From positions 1 to 64,000 of IMG/VR virus record IMGVR_UViG_3300036770_004343: 64,000 bases of DNA, one strand, 5' to 3'. Source of the stretch: an uncultured virus (IMG/VR IMGVR_UViG_3300036770_004343) (Duplodnaviria; Heunggongvirae; Uroviricota; Caudoviricetes). Shown here one piece after another: positions 46,625 through 57,412 of the stretch. Both the position numbers and the translations under genes were made by a program. The notes under the pieces were generated by a model. That model was given only the letters and a program-made list of their open reading frames with translations. It had not been told where the DNA came from and did no database searches. How positions within the stretch are numbered: position 1 is the first letter of the stretch; the number at the start of each line of letters is the position of its first letter.

Positions 46625-46656
46625 ACATATGTACATATATACATATACACATATGT
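46625..46656. repeat. Four tandem 8-bp palindromic boxes (ACATATGT consensus); putative operator
   Basis: ACATATGT ACATATAT ACATATAC ACATATGT, ending just before ATG 46658. Confidence 0.7.
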
Positions 46657-46657
46657 T

Positions 46658-46876
46658 ATGGATCAAATTGTTACTACAGTAAAACTTAATCAAGAGTTAT
46701 ACACTCAGTTTAAAGAACTTAATATTCGTGGAAAAATATCATTCCAAGATTTTGTAAACAAATGTCTGGAAAGATACTTGACAGATGATGCTTTTCAAAC
46801 CGAAATAAGCGAGAGTGTTTGTCAAAAACTTAGTTACAATCAACCATTTCAATTATCTACAAAGGAATCTAAATGA
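46658..46876 (+). CDS. Ribbon-helix-helix DNA-binding protein
   Basis: TTVKL beta strand, ELY--FK helix, SFQDFVNKCLERY helix. Confidence 0.65.
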   Translation: MDQIVTTVKLNQELYTQFKELNIRGKISFQDFVNKCLERYLTDDAFQTEISESVCQKLSYNQPFQLSTKESK

Positions 46877-47427
46877 AGAAGAAAAAAATACTATTATTGA
46901 GCGACGATCTAAGAATGCATAGTGGAATCGCAACAATGTCAAGAGAACTGGTTTTGGGTACCGTACATCATTATGATTGGGTACAAATCGCTGGGGCTAT
47001 AAAACATCCAGAACAAGGTAAAATTGTAGATATGAAGGAAGCGGTGGATAAGTTAAATGGCCGTAATGATAACTATCTTAGACTGTATCCTGTTGATGGT
47101 TATGGAGATGAGGAAATTTTATTCCAGATTATGTCGCTGGAAAAGCCAGATGCTATTATGCATTTCACAGATCCACGTTTTTGGGGATGGTTGTATAATA
47201 TTGAAAATCAAATTCGTGCCAGAATTCCTCTGACATATCTCGACATTTGGGATGATCTACCATATCCAATGTGGAACAAACCATTCTATAAGTGTTGTGA
47301 TGCATTATTCGCAATTAGTAAACAAACAGACAATATCAATAAATGGGTACTTGGACCAGAAAATTGTACCAGTATCTTTGGTGATTTTGACAACAACGGA
47401 AACATTGTAAAGAAGGAGAACCTATAA
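46873..47427 (+). CDS. GT4-like glycosyltransferase, N-terminal half
   Basis: KILLLSDD...SGIA, KPD, IWD, AISK. Confidence 0.75.
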   Translation: MKKKKILLLSDDLRMHSGIATMSRELVLGTVHHYDWVQIAGAIKHPEQGKIVDMKEAVDKLNGRNDNYLRLYPVDGYGDEEILFQIMSLEKPDAIMHFTDPRFWGWLYNIENQIRARIPLTYLDIWDDLPYPMWNKPFYKCCDALFAISKQTDNINKWVLGPENCTSIFGDFDNNGNIVKKENL

Positions 47428-47428
47428 T

Positions 47429-48400
47429 ATGCCAGTAAACGGAAAACATCTATTGCACTTGGTACCACACGGCATCAACAGCAATGAATTTAGAGTATTG
47501 GAAAAGAACAATCCTTTGGTTCAAAAGATTAAAAAAGAACTATTGGGCGATGGCGAATACAATTTCATCGTAGCATTTAATAGTAGAAATGCTCATCGTA
47601 AACATCCAGCAAATCTTATTCTGGCATTCAGAACGTTTTGCGACTCTCTAACAAAAGAAGAAGCCAGTAAATGTGCGTTGGTAATGCATACTGATAAAGT
47701 ATGTGAAGCTGGTACAGATCTAGTAGCTACAATTGCATCTATTTGTCCAGAGTATAAAGTTGTTCTCAATGAATCACGTTGGTCGCCTGAAGAAATGACT
47801 GGGTTTTATAATCTAGCAGATGTACTAGCCAATGTAAGTTCAAACGAAGGATTTGGTCTAAGTGTGGCTGAAGCTATTATGTGTGGTACTCCAGTTATTG
47901 CAACAGTAACAGGAGGTCTACAAGACCAATTGGGAATTGTAGATGATAATGGCAATCCAATTGAATTCAATTTGGAATTTGGTACCAATGCTTCTGGTAA
48001 ATATACAAAGCACGGTAAGTGGGCTAAACCTGTTTGGCCAAAGGTACAAAATATGCAAGGTAGTCCTCCTACACCATATATCTTGGATGATTTAACCAAT
48101 TATTCAGATATTGCGGATGCAATTATGTATTGGTATCTAGCTGGTCCAGAAAAGCGTGAAGAATGTGGTCTTGAAGGAAGACTATGGGCAATGAATGAAG
48201 GTGGTATTAATAGTAAAAATATGTGTGATCAGTTCATTAAAGCTATGGACTTTACATTAGAGAACTTTAAACCAATTAAAAAGTTTGATATTTTCACCGA
48301 GTATGGGTATGATATTAAGAGTCAACCCAACGGAAAAATGGGTATCGATTTACACAAGATCGATGTTGATAAGATCAAAAAAGAAGTTTCATCCCTATGA
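47429..48400 (+). CDS. GT4-like glycosyltransferase, C-terminal half
   Basis: VPHGIN, RN--RK, EGFGLSVAEA--CGTPVI. Confidence 0.8.
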   Translation: MPVNGKHLLHLVPHGINSNEFRVLEKNNPLVQKIKKELLGDGEYNFIVAFNSRNAHRKHPANLILAFRTFCDSLTKEEASKCALVMHTDKVCEAGTDLVATIASICPEYKVVLNESRWSPEEMTGFYNLADVLANVSSNEGFGLSVAEAIMCGTPVIATVTGGLQDQLGIVDDNGNPIEFNLEFGTNASGKYTKHGKWAKPVWPKVQNMQGSPPTPYILDDLTNYSDIADAIMYWYLAGPEKREECGLEGRLWAMNEGGINSKNMCDQFIKAMDFTLENFKPIKKFDIFTEYGYDIKSQPNGKMGIDLHKIDVDKIKKEVSSL

Positions 48401-49089
48401 CGATTCAAGTATTAAAGAACGAGACATATCAGTCTACTGACAATCTACCCAAGAAAGGCACTGATAGAGCTACTGGTTTTGATATAGTTGTTACGAGTGA
48501 ACCAGAAATCGTTGGTGAACAGTATGAGAATGGTGCATACAAACGCATTGACTACATTCAATACAAGACCAATCTTAAGTTGGCAGTTCAAAAAGATCGT
48601 CAATTCAGTAACTTTGGTTATAACGATTTGGACTATGACATTCTAGCATTTCCTCGTAGTAGTGTTAGTAAGTATAATCTAGTATTAGCCAACTGTATTG
48701 GATTGATTGACGCAGATTATCGTGGTGAAGTATTACTTCGTTTCAAGTATATTTGGCAACCAGAAGACTATAAGATTAGAACTGATAATTTATTGGAAGG
48801 ATATATCAACTCTACTAAACTCTATAATAAGGGTGATAAAGTTTGTCAACTAAAAGTAACCAAGGTAGAAAATGTTGAGTTTGTTTTAGTAGATGAATTG
48901 GATTCTACCAATAGAGGTGACGGCGGATTCGGTAGTACCGATGTTAAAAAAAAAGATAACGTGATGTCTGAATCTAAAAAATCAACCACAATCGAAGAGT
49001 TATACGCTAACTCAAACAAATCAGAAACACCCAAAAAATATAGTCAGTTAATTGCAGAAAGAGACAACAATCAATTTAATCAAAAATAA
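48397..49089 (+). CDS. dut: Trimeric dUTPase with a C-terminal extension
   Basis: ATGFD, PRSS, GLIDADYRGE, Q, RGDGGFGST. Confidence 0.9.
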   Translation: MTIQVLKNETYQSTDNLPKKGTDRATGFDIVVTSEPEIVGEQYENGAYKRIDYIQYKTNLKLAVQKDRQFSNFGYNDLDYDILAFPRSSVSKYNLVLANCIGLIDADYRGEVLLRFKYIWQPEDYKIRTDNLLEGYINSTKLYNKGDKVCQLKVTKVENVEFVLVDELDSTNRGDGGFGSTDVKKKDNVMSESKKSTTIEELYANSNKSETPKKYSQLIAERDNNQFNQK

Positions 49090-49090
49090 T

Positions 49091-50431
49091 ATGAGTAAAC
49101 CATTATGTTTAATTTCAGGTCCAGTATTTAATCGAAGTGGATATGGCGATTGGGCTACGGCCGTAGCCAAGAGCTTAATCCGTCAGAATAAATATGATGT
49201 CAAAATTGCACCCACAAGATGGGGAGCTTGTCCAAGTAAAAGATTCTTGGAAGACTTAACCGATCCAGAAGATAGATTAGTAGCTGGTTGCATTTTGCAA
49301 GGAAACTTAAATAAGCAACCAGAACTATTTATCCAATTAACTATCCCAGAAGAGTTTCACCCAGTTGGAAAGTACAATATTGGTATGACAGCAGGCATCG
49401 AAACAACTATCTCACCTGGCAGTTGGATCGAAGGTATCAATAAAATGAATCTTACAATTGGTCTATCTGAACACGTTAAGAAAGTGTTTCTTGATACCAA
49501 AATGGTTAAACAACACGAAAATGGTCAGAAAGAACCAATTCAAGTAAACAAACCAATCGAAGTTTGTTTCTGGGGTGCAGATACGAATGTTTATAAAAAG
49601 ACAGATCAATCTGTTGAGACAGTAGACGAATCCTTGAGTAAAATTCCAGAAAAGAGTGCATTTTTATTCGTAGGTCAATGGACTCACGGTGGATTATACA
49701 ATGATCGAAAAGATATTGGCAATTTGATCAAAACATTCTGCACCGCATTTAAAAACAACAATCCAAATGATAGACCTTGTTTAATTGTAAAAACAAGCGG
49801 CAGTGGATATAGTACAGTTGATCGATTTGATATGTTGGATAAGATCAAAAGAGTTAAAAACTCATTTGGTGATGCTTGTCCTAATGTATATCTACTACAC
49901 GGTGAATTGAATGACGTTGAAATGAATGCGTTGTTGAATCACGAAAAGATCTTGGCACACGTATCATTTACACACGGCGAAGGATTCGGACATCCAATGT
50001 TACTAGCTACACTCAGTGGAAAACCTTTATTGGCTCCAAATTGGAGTGGTCAGTTAGACTATTTAAATGAAAGATATGCCAATTTGTTGCCAGGAACATT
50101 GGTAGATGTAGATCCAAAGTCCGTTAATCAATGGATTCTAAAAGAAAGCAAGTGGTTTAAAGTTTCTTATTCATTGGCAGAAGACAAATTTAAACAATTG
50201 TATTTTGCTCGTAAAAGTGATAAGTTTACTAAACCAGCTGAATTATTGCGTGTGGAGAATGAACAAAAGTTTAGTCTACAAGCAATGGATCAAAAGTTGT
50301 GGGCAATTCTTGATAAGTATGTTCCACAATTTGCAACAGAAAATACATTTGTATTACCCAAGTTAAAAGCAATTAATACAGAAAACAAAGAAGAACCAAA
50401 GATTGTTCTACCAAAACTAAAAATGTTGTAA
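49091..50431 (+). CDS. GT4-like glycosyltransferase
   Basis: RSGYG, AGIET, DRKD, HGEGFGHP. Confidence 0.8.
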   Translation: MSKPLCLISGPVFNRSGYGDWATAVAKSLIRQNKYDVKIAPTRWGACPSKRFLEDLTDPEDRLVAGCILQGNLNKQPELFIQLTIPEEFHPVGKYNIGMTAGIETTISPGSWIEGINKMNLTIGLSEHVKKVFLDTKMVKQHENGQKEPIQVNKPIEVCFWGADTNVYKKTDQSVETVDESLSKIPEKSAFLFVGQWTHGGLYNDRKDIGNLIKTFCTAFKNNNPNDRPCLIVKTSGSGYSTVDRFDMLDKIKRVKNSFGDACPNVYLLHGELNDVEMNALLNHEKILAHVSFTHGEGFGHPMLLATLSGKPLLAPNWSGQLDYLNERYANLLPGTLVDVDPKSVNQWILKESKWFKVSYSLAEDKFKQLYFARKSDKFTKPAELLRVENEQKFSLQAMDQKLWAILDKYVPQFATENTFVLPKLKAINTENKEEPKIVLPKLKML

Positions 50432-50432
50432 T

Positions 50433-51080
50433 ATGTTTTTATCATATCTAGTCACCGCACATAATGAAACTGATTGTTTGGATACATTGTTATCTAAACT
50501 GATTAGTTATAAAAAGAACAACCACGAAATTGTATTGTTAGATGATTACTCGGATAATCCCAATACAATTTCTATAATTGAGAAACACAAATCATTTGTT
50601 AATTTTCAACAAAAGAAATTGGAAAATGATTATGGTGCTCATAAAAATTATGGCATTAGTCTGTGTAAAGGTGATTGGATATTTCAAATTGACGCGGATG
50701 AATTGCCAACCGATGTTCTACTTGAAAACATAGATGAATTATTACAATCAAATTCAAACAATGAAACATTGTGGTTACCCCGACTTAATTATTTTGTTGG
50801 GGTAACACAACAAGACATTGAAATGTGGGGTTGGAATTATCACGATGGCATGATTAACTTTCCAGATTACCAATCCCGTCTTTATAAAAATCTTCCTCAT
50901 ATTAGATACGAACGAAGATTACACGAAAAGGTTGAAGGTTATAAGTCTTATGCTTTTATTCCTCCTCAAAAAGATATTGCGTTAATTCACAATAAAACGA
51001 TTGAGAAACAACGTGAAACAAATATGAAATACAACAAAAATTTCAGCCTTAGTGAAAACAAAGGATACGCTGTAAAATAA
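50433..51080 (+). CDS. GT2 glycosyltransferase
   Basis: AHNE, DDYS, WIFQIDADE, LHE. Confidence 0.85.
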   Translation: MFLSYLVTAHNETDCLDTLLSKLISYKKNNHEIVLLDDYSDNPNTISIIEKHKSFVNFQQKKLENDYGAHKNYGISLCKGDWIFQIDADELPTDVLLENIDELLQSNSNNETLWLPRLNYFVGVTQQDIEMWGWNYHDGMINFPDYQSRLYKNLPHIRYERRLHEKVEGYKSYAFIPPQKDIALIHNKTIEKQRETNMKYNKNFSLSENKGYAVK

Positions 51081-51081
51081 T

Positions 51082-51648
51082 ATGACAATAGATGAATTAT
51101 TAAAAGACATACCAGATAAATTTGAACATAGTACTACCACTAGTCATAAATTTAAACGTGATGTATTTGAATTTTTTGATAAACCAGAATTCAAAGAAAG
51201 TGTTTGTTTAGAAATAGGAAGTAATAGAGGTCACTCAACTAGAATATTAAGTTATCTATTTAAAGAAGTAGTGGGTTTTAACTATGATAATGTTGATATG
51301 GCGAGAGAGTTTAATAAAAATAGGCCAAATGTCAGATATTACGCACAAGATGTTTATAACACCACTTTGCCTCTAGATTATGGAGATGTATTTTTTATAG
51401 ACGCGCAACATACATATTTCGCTGTTATAGATGATACCGTAAGATCACTGAAATTCAGATCTACTAATAATTTAAAGAAGTATTTCATATATGATGATAT
51501 AGGTGTATTTCCCGAGTTAAGAAAAGCAATGGACGATCTTATAAACAACGACTACATAGAAATAGTTAAACCTATTGGATATGGACCAACAGAAAAATTC
51601 ACAAGACCGCTATACGATTACGAAGGTTATATATGCATCCAAAAATGA
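51082..51648 (+). CDS. Class I SAM methyltransferase (Methyltransf_24-like)
   Basis: LEIG--RG-ST, FIDAQH-Y, YDD. Confidence 0.8.
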   Translation: MTIDELLKDIPDKFEHSTTTSHKFKRDVFEFFDKPEFKESVCLEIGSNRGHSTRILSYLFKEVVGFNYDNVDMAREFNKNRPNVRYYAQDVYNTTLPLDYGDVFFIDAQHTYFAVIDDTVRSLKFRSTNNLKKYFIYDDIGVFPELRKAMDDLINNDYIEIVKPIGYGPTEKFTRPLYDYEGYICIQK

Positions 51649-52319
51649 ATAACAGAGAACTAAGAAAAAAGTATGGAGATTTTACAAAATCCGAAATTTA
51701 TACATATCCAGATCATTTCTTTTCCCCTAAAGATGATTTTACTTTGAATATTCAAAACTGGTCTACCTATTTGAGTAAATATGAAAATGTATCTGATCTT
51801 TTGTTTTTAGAGGTTGGAACAGGTCACGGTAGATCTGCTGTTTGGTTGTTGGAAAATATTTTAACTCATCAAACTTCAAAAATCATAACCATAGATATTT
51901 TGAACACAAGATCTTACAAACGTGGAGATCTTCCATTTGACTTCGGTGATGAATTGACATTATATGTAGATCAAAATCTAGAACCCTATATTCAAGGCAA
52001 CAAATGTGAATTTTATGAAATAGATTCAAAACTTCTCTTTAAAAAGATGCTGGGTAACAAATTAAATTCAAAATTTGTAACAAATGATCAATTTGAAAAT
52101 ATATTTGATTTCATATACCTAGATGGTTGTCACGAACCAGATTATGTAATGTACGAATCCGCAATGTGTTTTGATCTATTAAAACCAGGAGGTAGAATAC
52201 TATTTGATGACTATGGATGGGGCAATTGTAGATTTGGCATAGAATCATTTTTAAAATGTTATGAAAGCAAGATAAATCTATTAAGTAAGGGATGGCAAGT
52301 ATTAATTGAAAAGAAATGA
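51645..52319 (+). CDS. Class I SAM methyltransferase (Methyltransf_24-like)
   Basis: LEVGTGHGRS, IYLDGCH, LKPGG-ILFDDY. Confidence 0.85.
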   Translation: MNNRELRKKYGDFTKSEIYTYPDHFFSPKDDFTLNIQNWSTYLSKYENVSDLLFLEVGTGHGRSAVWLLENILTHQTSKIITIDILNTRSYKRGDLPFDFGDELTLYVDQNLEPYIQGNKCEFYEIDSKLLFKKMLGNKLNSKFVTNDQFENIFDFIYLDGCHEPDYVMYESAMCFDLLKPGGRILFDDYGWGNCRFGIESFLKCYESKINLLSKGWQVLIEKK

Positions 52320-53326
52320 AAATTAAGATCTTAGAATTAGATAAACACCGTAACGAAACAACATTTAGACCGTACATATATTCATCAAATGCATTTCGTG
52401 AGTATGGCGTTGAGTTTGTAGAAGACAATAGTAAAGCTGACATTTATTTTGTAGGACAAGCTTCGGTAATAGATAAAAAATTACCATTGAATCAATCAGT
52501 TGAAAATGGTGTCAAATTTCTTAGTGAACTTGATAAACCTTATATCTTATTCGATGGTCAAGATTCTTCTACATTAATGGGAGTATGGGACGTTTTCAAA
52601 CAATTGCCTGGGATAAAATTAGCAAAAAACGTAATTCACAAAAACAAAGAAAGTTATTTAAATCCCCATCCAAATGGTAGATGGTTTTGGGGAGAAGATG
52701 TGAATGGTTATAAACTTGATAAATCAGATCTATCTTTACTCAATGACAAATTAGTAAGCAGTGGCACCAATTGGTTAAATACCTACGGATTTGGCTTCAA
52801 ATGGAATCAAATTAAACCAAATAAAAAATATGATGTGGCTGTATTAATAGGCCTTTCAAAAGAAAATTATGAACACGGAGTACGTACTGATGGATATTAT
52901 AATCAATCAAGATTGAAACTTTTTGAAGAGGTAAATAAGCTTAAATGCAAAGTAGTTACTACTGAAAAAACAGGTAAGTTAAACAAAGAAGAATATTTCA
53001 AAGTATTAGAGGATAGTAAATTTTGTATATCTCCATTTGGATATGGTGAAGTTAACATCAGAGAAATTGAATGTTTGTTAACAGGTACAGTTATAATAAA
53101 GCCATCTATACCAAATGTCAAAACAGGACCATATATCTATAATAAAGATTCATCGTGTTTTAATTGCAATAGTGACTTTTCAGATATCAATCAAATAATT
53201 GAAAATGCATTAGATGACTACAATAGTATATCTGAACTTATGATATCCAACCAACGAAAAACATTTGATGAAATGGGTTCTCCAGAGTATATCGCACAAC
53301 ACGTAGTTAAAAACATAATAAATTAA
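52316..53326 (+). CDS. GT-B glycosyltransferase-like protein
   Basis: SKFCISPFGYGE--IRE-E---G--IIKP. Confidence 0.7.
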   Translation: MKIKILELDKHRNETTFRPYIYSSNAFREYGVEFVEDNSKADIYFVGQASVIDKKLPLNQSVENGVKFLSELDKPYILFDGQDSSTLMGVWDVFKQLPGIKLAKNVIHKNKESYLNPHPNGRWFWGEDVNGYKLDKSDLSLLNDKLVSSGTNWLNTYGFGFKWNQIKPNKKYDVAVLIGLSKENYEHGVRTDGYYNQSRLKLFEEVNKLKCKVVTTEKTGKLNKEEYFKVLEDSKFCISPFGYGEVNIREIECLLTGTVIIKPSIPNVKTGPYIYNKDSSCFNCNSDFSDINQIIENALDDYNSISELMISNQRKTFDEMGSPEYIAQHVVKNIIN

Positions 53327-53327
53327 T

Positions 53328-53945
53328 ATGAGTTTATTTAAAGATCAACATCCAGAAATAATGATGAGTGCGACACAAGTATCGTGCTTTATTAAATATT
53401 TAAACAAATCAGATGATGTATTTGAGTGGGGATCTGGTGGTAGCACTTATAATTTTTGTAACTATGTAAATGAATACTATTCAGTAGAACACGATTATAA
53501 GTGGTATAATGAAGTTAATAATATTTTAACCAGAAAGAATATTAAAAATGTAAACTATAAACATATATCAAACCACGAAATCATTCTGGATGAATCTTTA
53601 GATAAAGAGGCTTCAAATTTGTTAAAACTAACAAACAACGTTGAAATAAAAGACGGAATATATTACTCTAAAACCAGAGGTGGAGATGACTGGCATTGTT
53701 ATGTAAGATATATAAACAGTATATCTTCATATAATAAAAAATTTGATAAAGTTCTGGTAGATGGTAGAGCAAGAGTTTTTTGTGCTTACAAAGCACTTGA
53801 CTATATAAAAGACAATGGTATAGTATATGTACACGACTTCAAAGATAGAGTTAGATATAAAACTGTACTAGACTATTACAATGTCGTAGAAGAATGTATT
53901 GATGATGGGTGGCCAGGATCCTTGGTGGTTCTAAAAAAGAAGTAA
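53328..53945 (+). CDS. SAM methyltransferase-like protein
   Basis: FEWGSGGST, SVEHD, VDGRAR, HD. Confidence 0.8.
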   Translation: MSLFKDQHPEIMMSATQVSCFIKYLNKSDDVFEWGSGGSTYNFCNYVNEYYSVEHDYKWYNEVNNILTRKNIKNVNYKHISNHEIILDESLDKEASNLLKLTNNVEIKDGIYYSKTRGGDDWHCYVRYINSISSYNKKFDKVLVDGRARVFCAYKALDYIKDNGIVYVHDFKDRVRYKTVLDYYNVVEECIDDGWPGSLVVLKKK

Positions 53946-53946
53946 T

Positions 53947-54933
53947 ATGATAATCCAGAACAAATATGCAATTGGTGTACACGTAATGTTTTATGAAATT
54001 GAAATGTTTAAATCCTATATTGATGGGATATTAAACCTATTGTCTACAGTAGATAATAAAGAAAACGTATATTTAGATTTTGCATTTAACACATCTCAAT
54101 TCTTTGAAAAAATAGATACATCAAAAACGTCCAATGATGATTTAACTGATAGATTTGAGAAAGAACTGTCTAGACTAAAAGAATTGCCTAATGTTCATTA
54201 TAAAATAATTAATAATGACAATGAGTTTTATACCCAAACCAATTATAGAAGAGAGTTTAATACAAAATACTGTGAAAAGGTTGATTATGTAATTTGGGGT
54301 GAAACTGATAGTTTGTTTCCAAAAGAAGCTATAATTTCACTGGAACAACTAACACCTGTAGTTAGAAAACAAGGACTATACAGATTTATAGCTTGTTTTG
54401 CAGATAGAAAGTTATGGGATAATAGTTGGGATGCAACAGTTCATCCTAAATTTATAAATCACGTTTATAATGATAAAGATGTTAACAATATCAATCAAGC
54501 CAAGTCTTGTATGTCAATAGAACAAATGAATGCAATTAATTCTGAAATAGAACAAATTGATATACAAACTCTTAATTATCCAAAAATTGATGGTTCTTGT
54601 TTGGTGTTAACATCCGACTTAATAAAATGTGGAGTGAATATACCCCCTTGTTTTATTCATAATGACGATGAAAGTTTGTCAATGATGGCACAGAAAATAC
54701 TAGGGGATAAATACTTACAAATCATCTTTAAAAATGTTTTGAAAGTACACGCACGTAGACATCCTAATAAACGTATGTATATTGACAATGAAAATAACCC
54801 AAGAGGATTCTGTGGAAAAGAAAAAGGAGACTGGTGGCAAGTATTCAAGCAAATGTCTCAACACAATTTAAATACTCTATTCCATAATACAGGCAAGTTT
54901 TATACTTACGAAGATTTTAAGAAAAACCTATGA
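53947..54933 (+). CDS. GT-A-fold glycosyltransferase-like protein
   Basis: WGETD, DD motif, operon context. Confidence 0.55.
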   Translation: MIIQNKYAIGVHVMFYEIEMFKSYIDGILNLLSTVDNKENVYLDFAFNTSQFFEKIDTSKTSNDDLTDRFEKELSRLKELPNVHYKIINNDNEFYTQTNYRREFNTKYCEKVDYVIWGETDSLFPKEAIISLEQLTPVVRKQGLYRFIACFADRKLWDNSWDATVHPKFINHVYNDKDVNNINQAKSCMSIEQMNAINSEIEQIDIQTLNYPKIDGSCLVLTSDLIKCGVNIPPCFIHNDDESLSMMAQKILGDKYLQIIFKNVLKVHARRHPNKRMYIDNENNPRGFCGKEKGDWWQVFKQMSQHNLNTLFHNTGKFYTYEDFKKNL

Positions 54934-55877
54934 ATATTTGTTTTATTAGTCAAAACGGTCACGTTGGTAAGATTCCCCGTAACTTCCAAAATTGTAGAAC
55001 AGAGTTTGCCTGGCAGATTGCACTTAACGCGGATCATCTATCTTTCGATTATATTTGTCAAAATAAAGTACCAACATACGATTTAGCCATCATAATCCTA
55101 CCAAAGAAATTGGAGATAATTAATACAAATCAGATTTTAGACATTTGTAAATCTATTGGCAAAAAAGTATCAGTGATGCAAGAAGGTCCGGCTTGGTATT
55201 ATCAAGACTATAAATACGCAGATCAAGTTAACTATATCAACTTCTTAAGTGAAATGAATTTCTTGTTGGTTCACAATAAGAGTGATATTCCATACTTCAA
55301 AGGTATATTCAAGAAACCCACATTTAATCTTCAATCTCTTATGATTGAAGATATTGTCAAAGATGTGCCCCGTCAAAACAACCAAATGCCTATTATAGGT
55401 GGTAATTTCTGTAGTTGGTATGGTGGTATTGACAGTTACTTTGTAGCACAGAACTTTAATAAACCCATCTTTATCCCTAGTATGGGTCGTAAAATAGAAA
55501 ATGAAGATCAATTTCCTAGCTTACATCATCTACCATATATGATGTGGAATGAGTGGATACAAGCACTTGCAAATTTTAATGTGGGTATACACTTAATGCG
55601 TACTCACGCCGCAGGTACATTCGCCCTCAATTGTGCTTATCTAGGTATACCTTGTATTGGATATAAAGGATTAGATACACAAGAAACTTTGCATCCTGAA
55701 TTGACTGTGAACATAGGTGAGATTGATAAGGCAAATGAATTATCAATTAAATTAAGAGACGATAAATCTTTTTATAATCACTGTTCCACATCATCTAAAG
55801 AATTATATCAAATATATTATACAGAAGAAAAATGGTTACAAAATTGGAATACAATCTATGAGCAAATTAAAGACTAA
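54930..55877 (+). CDS. GT-B glycosyltransferase-like protein
   Basis: AAGTFALNCAYLGIPCIG. Confidence 0.6.
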   Translation: MNICFISQNGHVGKIPRNFQNCRTEFAWQIALNADHLSFDYICQNKVPTYDLAIIILPKKLEIINTNQILDICKSIGKKVSVMQEGPAWYYQDYKYADQVNYINFLSEMNFLLVHNKSDIPYFKGIFKKPTFNLQSLMIEDIVKDVPRQNNQMPIIGGNFCSWYGGIDSYFVAQNFNKPIFIPSMGRKIENEDQFPSLHHLPYMMWNEWIQALANFNVGIHLMRTHAAGTFALNCAYLGIPCIGYKGLDTQETLHPELTVNIGEIDKANELSIKLRDDKSFYNHCSTSSKELYQIYYTEEKWLQNWNTIYEQIKD

Positions 55878-56661
55878 AATTGGTATCGTGGGAAATGGTT
55901 ATGTAGGCAAAGCGTTCTACAATTTTTTTAAGAACCACTATGAGGTTTTTATATATGATCCAGCGTATGATTTATCAAACACTAAAGATGACATTAATAA
56001 GTGTGATTTAGCCGTAGTTTGCGTTCCAACCCCAGAAAATGAGGATGGCAGCTGCAATACTACTATCGTTGAAGAAAGTATAAACTGGATTCAAACGCCT
56101 TTAATTCTTTTAAAATCAACCGTCGAAGTTGGTACAACTGATAGATTGATTGAAAAATTCAAAAAGAATATCGTGTTTAGTCCTGAATTCGCAGGTGAAT
56201 CCAAACACTGGACCCCAGAAGCTTTCACTAATGATGTTAAACAAACACCTTTCTTTATTTTTGGTGGTAAAAAAGAACTTTGTTATAAAATAATTGAAAT
56301 TTATACGCCAATTACTGGTCCAAGTAAAACCTACAGAGTCACCGATCCTATAAATGCTGAATTGGCAAAATATATGGTAAATACACATTTGGCTCTAAAG
56401 GTTGCTTATTGTAATGAAATGTACGATTTGTGTAACAAACTTGGTACGAATTACTATGAAGTTAGAGATTTATGGCTGTTAGATCCACGTACAACCAAGT
56501 CACATACAGCAGTATTTACTGGAGAACGTGGATTTGGCGGTAAGTGTTTTCCTAAAGACACAAAAGCACTTGCTAAACTAGGAGATAAAGTTGGAATGGA
56601 CTTATCTATATTAAAAGCTGCGATTGTAAGTAATGATAAAATGTTGAAATTAAATGAATAA
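55858..56661 (+). CDS. Short UDP-glucose/GDP-mannose 6-dehydrogenase family protein
   Basis: GNGYVG, CVPTP, KST, PEF, AELAK--VN, GFGGKCFPKD. Confidence 0.85.
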   Translation: MSKLKTKIGIVGNGYVGKAFYNFFKNHYEVFIYDPAYDLSNTKDDINKCDLAVVCVPTPENEDGSCNTTIVEESINWIQTPLILLKSTVEVGTTDRLIEKFKKNIVFSPEFAGESKHWTPEAFTNDVKQTPFFIFGGKKELCYKIIEIYTPITGPSKTYRVTDPINAELAKYMVNTHLALKVAYCNEMYDLCNKLGTNYYEVRDLWLLDPRTTKSHTAVFTGERGFGGKCFPKDTKALAKLGDKVGMDLSILKAAIVSNDKMLKLNE

Positions 56662-57412
56662 AAATTGCATCATTATATTTGCCATTGACGATGGTAAATC
56701 CAAATTTAATCATAGTGGATATTACAATATAACCAAACAAGCTTGGGAATCATACTGTCGTAAACACAATATTGATTTTATATTTGTTGACAAATTAACA
56801 GATAATATCCCACATCCAAAATGGAATAAACATTGCGTTTTTGACTATGTAGAAGGATATGAAAAGATTGGTATGATGGATTTTGATACAATGCCTAATT
56901 GGTCTGCTCCAAATTTTTTCGATCAATATACCAACGAATTTTGTGGAGTCATAGATAATGAATCTATTAATTGGTTAGACAATAGTATTAATGCTTATAG
57001 AAAATCTTTTAAAGAGTTAGATGTTCCAATATCTTTATGTCAATACATTAATAGTGGCGTTTTATTCTTTACAAAAGATCACAAGTATGTGTTTGAAGAA
57101 GTATTAAAGTTCTATAAAAATAACAAACAATCATTAGACAACTGGAATGTACCAAATACAGGTCGTGACCAAACAGTTTTAAACTTAATGATTAACAAGT
57201 TGAATGTACAAAAGAAATATCTAGACTTTAGGTTCAATACAATGCGGTTAATTAAAAACGATTGGTTGCAGTATAATTGGCAACTAAATGAAGATAACAC
57301 TCCGTTTTTTATTAAATATTCTCATATATGGCATTTTACAGGATGTAGTATCGATGAAAGAAACGGTTTAATTAATCAAATCTGGAACCAAACCAAACAA
57401 TTTTACAAATGA
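56654..57412 (+). CDS. GT-A glycosyltransferase (GT8/GT34-like)
   Basis: W-K, DFD, NSGV, DQTVLN, HF-G. Confidence 0.8.
   Translation: MNKNCIIIFAIDDGKSKFNHSGYYNITKQAWESYCRKHNIDFIFVDKLTDNIPHPKWNKHCVFDYVEGYEKIGMMDFDTMPNWSAPNFFDQYTNEFCGVIDNESINWLDNSINAYRKSFKELDVPISLCQYINSGVLFFTKDHKYVFEEVLKFYKNNKQSLDNWNVPNTGRDQTVLNLMINKLNVQKKYLDFRFNTMRLIKNDWLQYNWQLNEDNTPFFIKYSHIWHFTGCSIDERNGLINQIWNQTKQFYK

Noticed and set aside
45724..46656. CRISPR-Cas locus
   Set aside because: The Cas4-like nuclease is solo, and the adjacent repeat is 8-bp tandem boxes without spacers; no array was seen in the window
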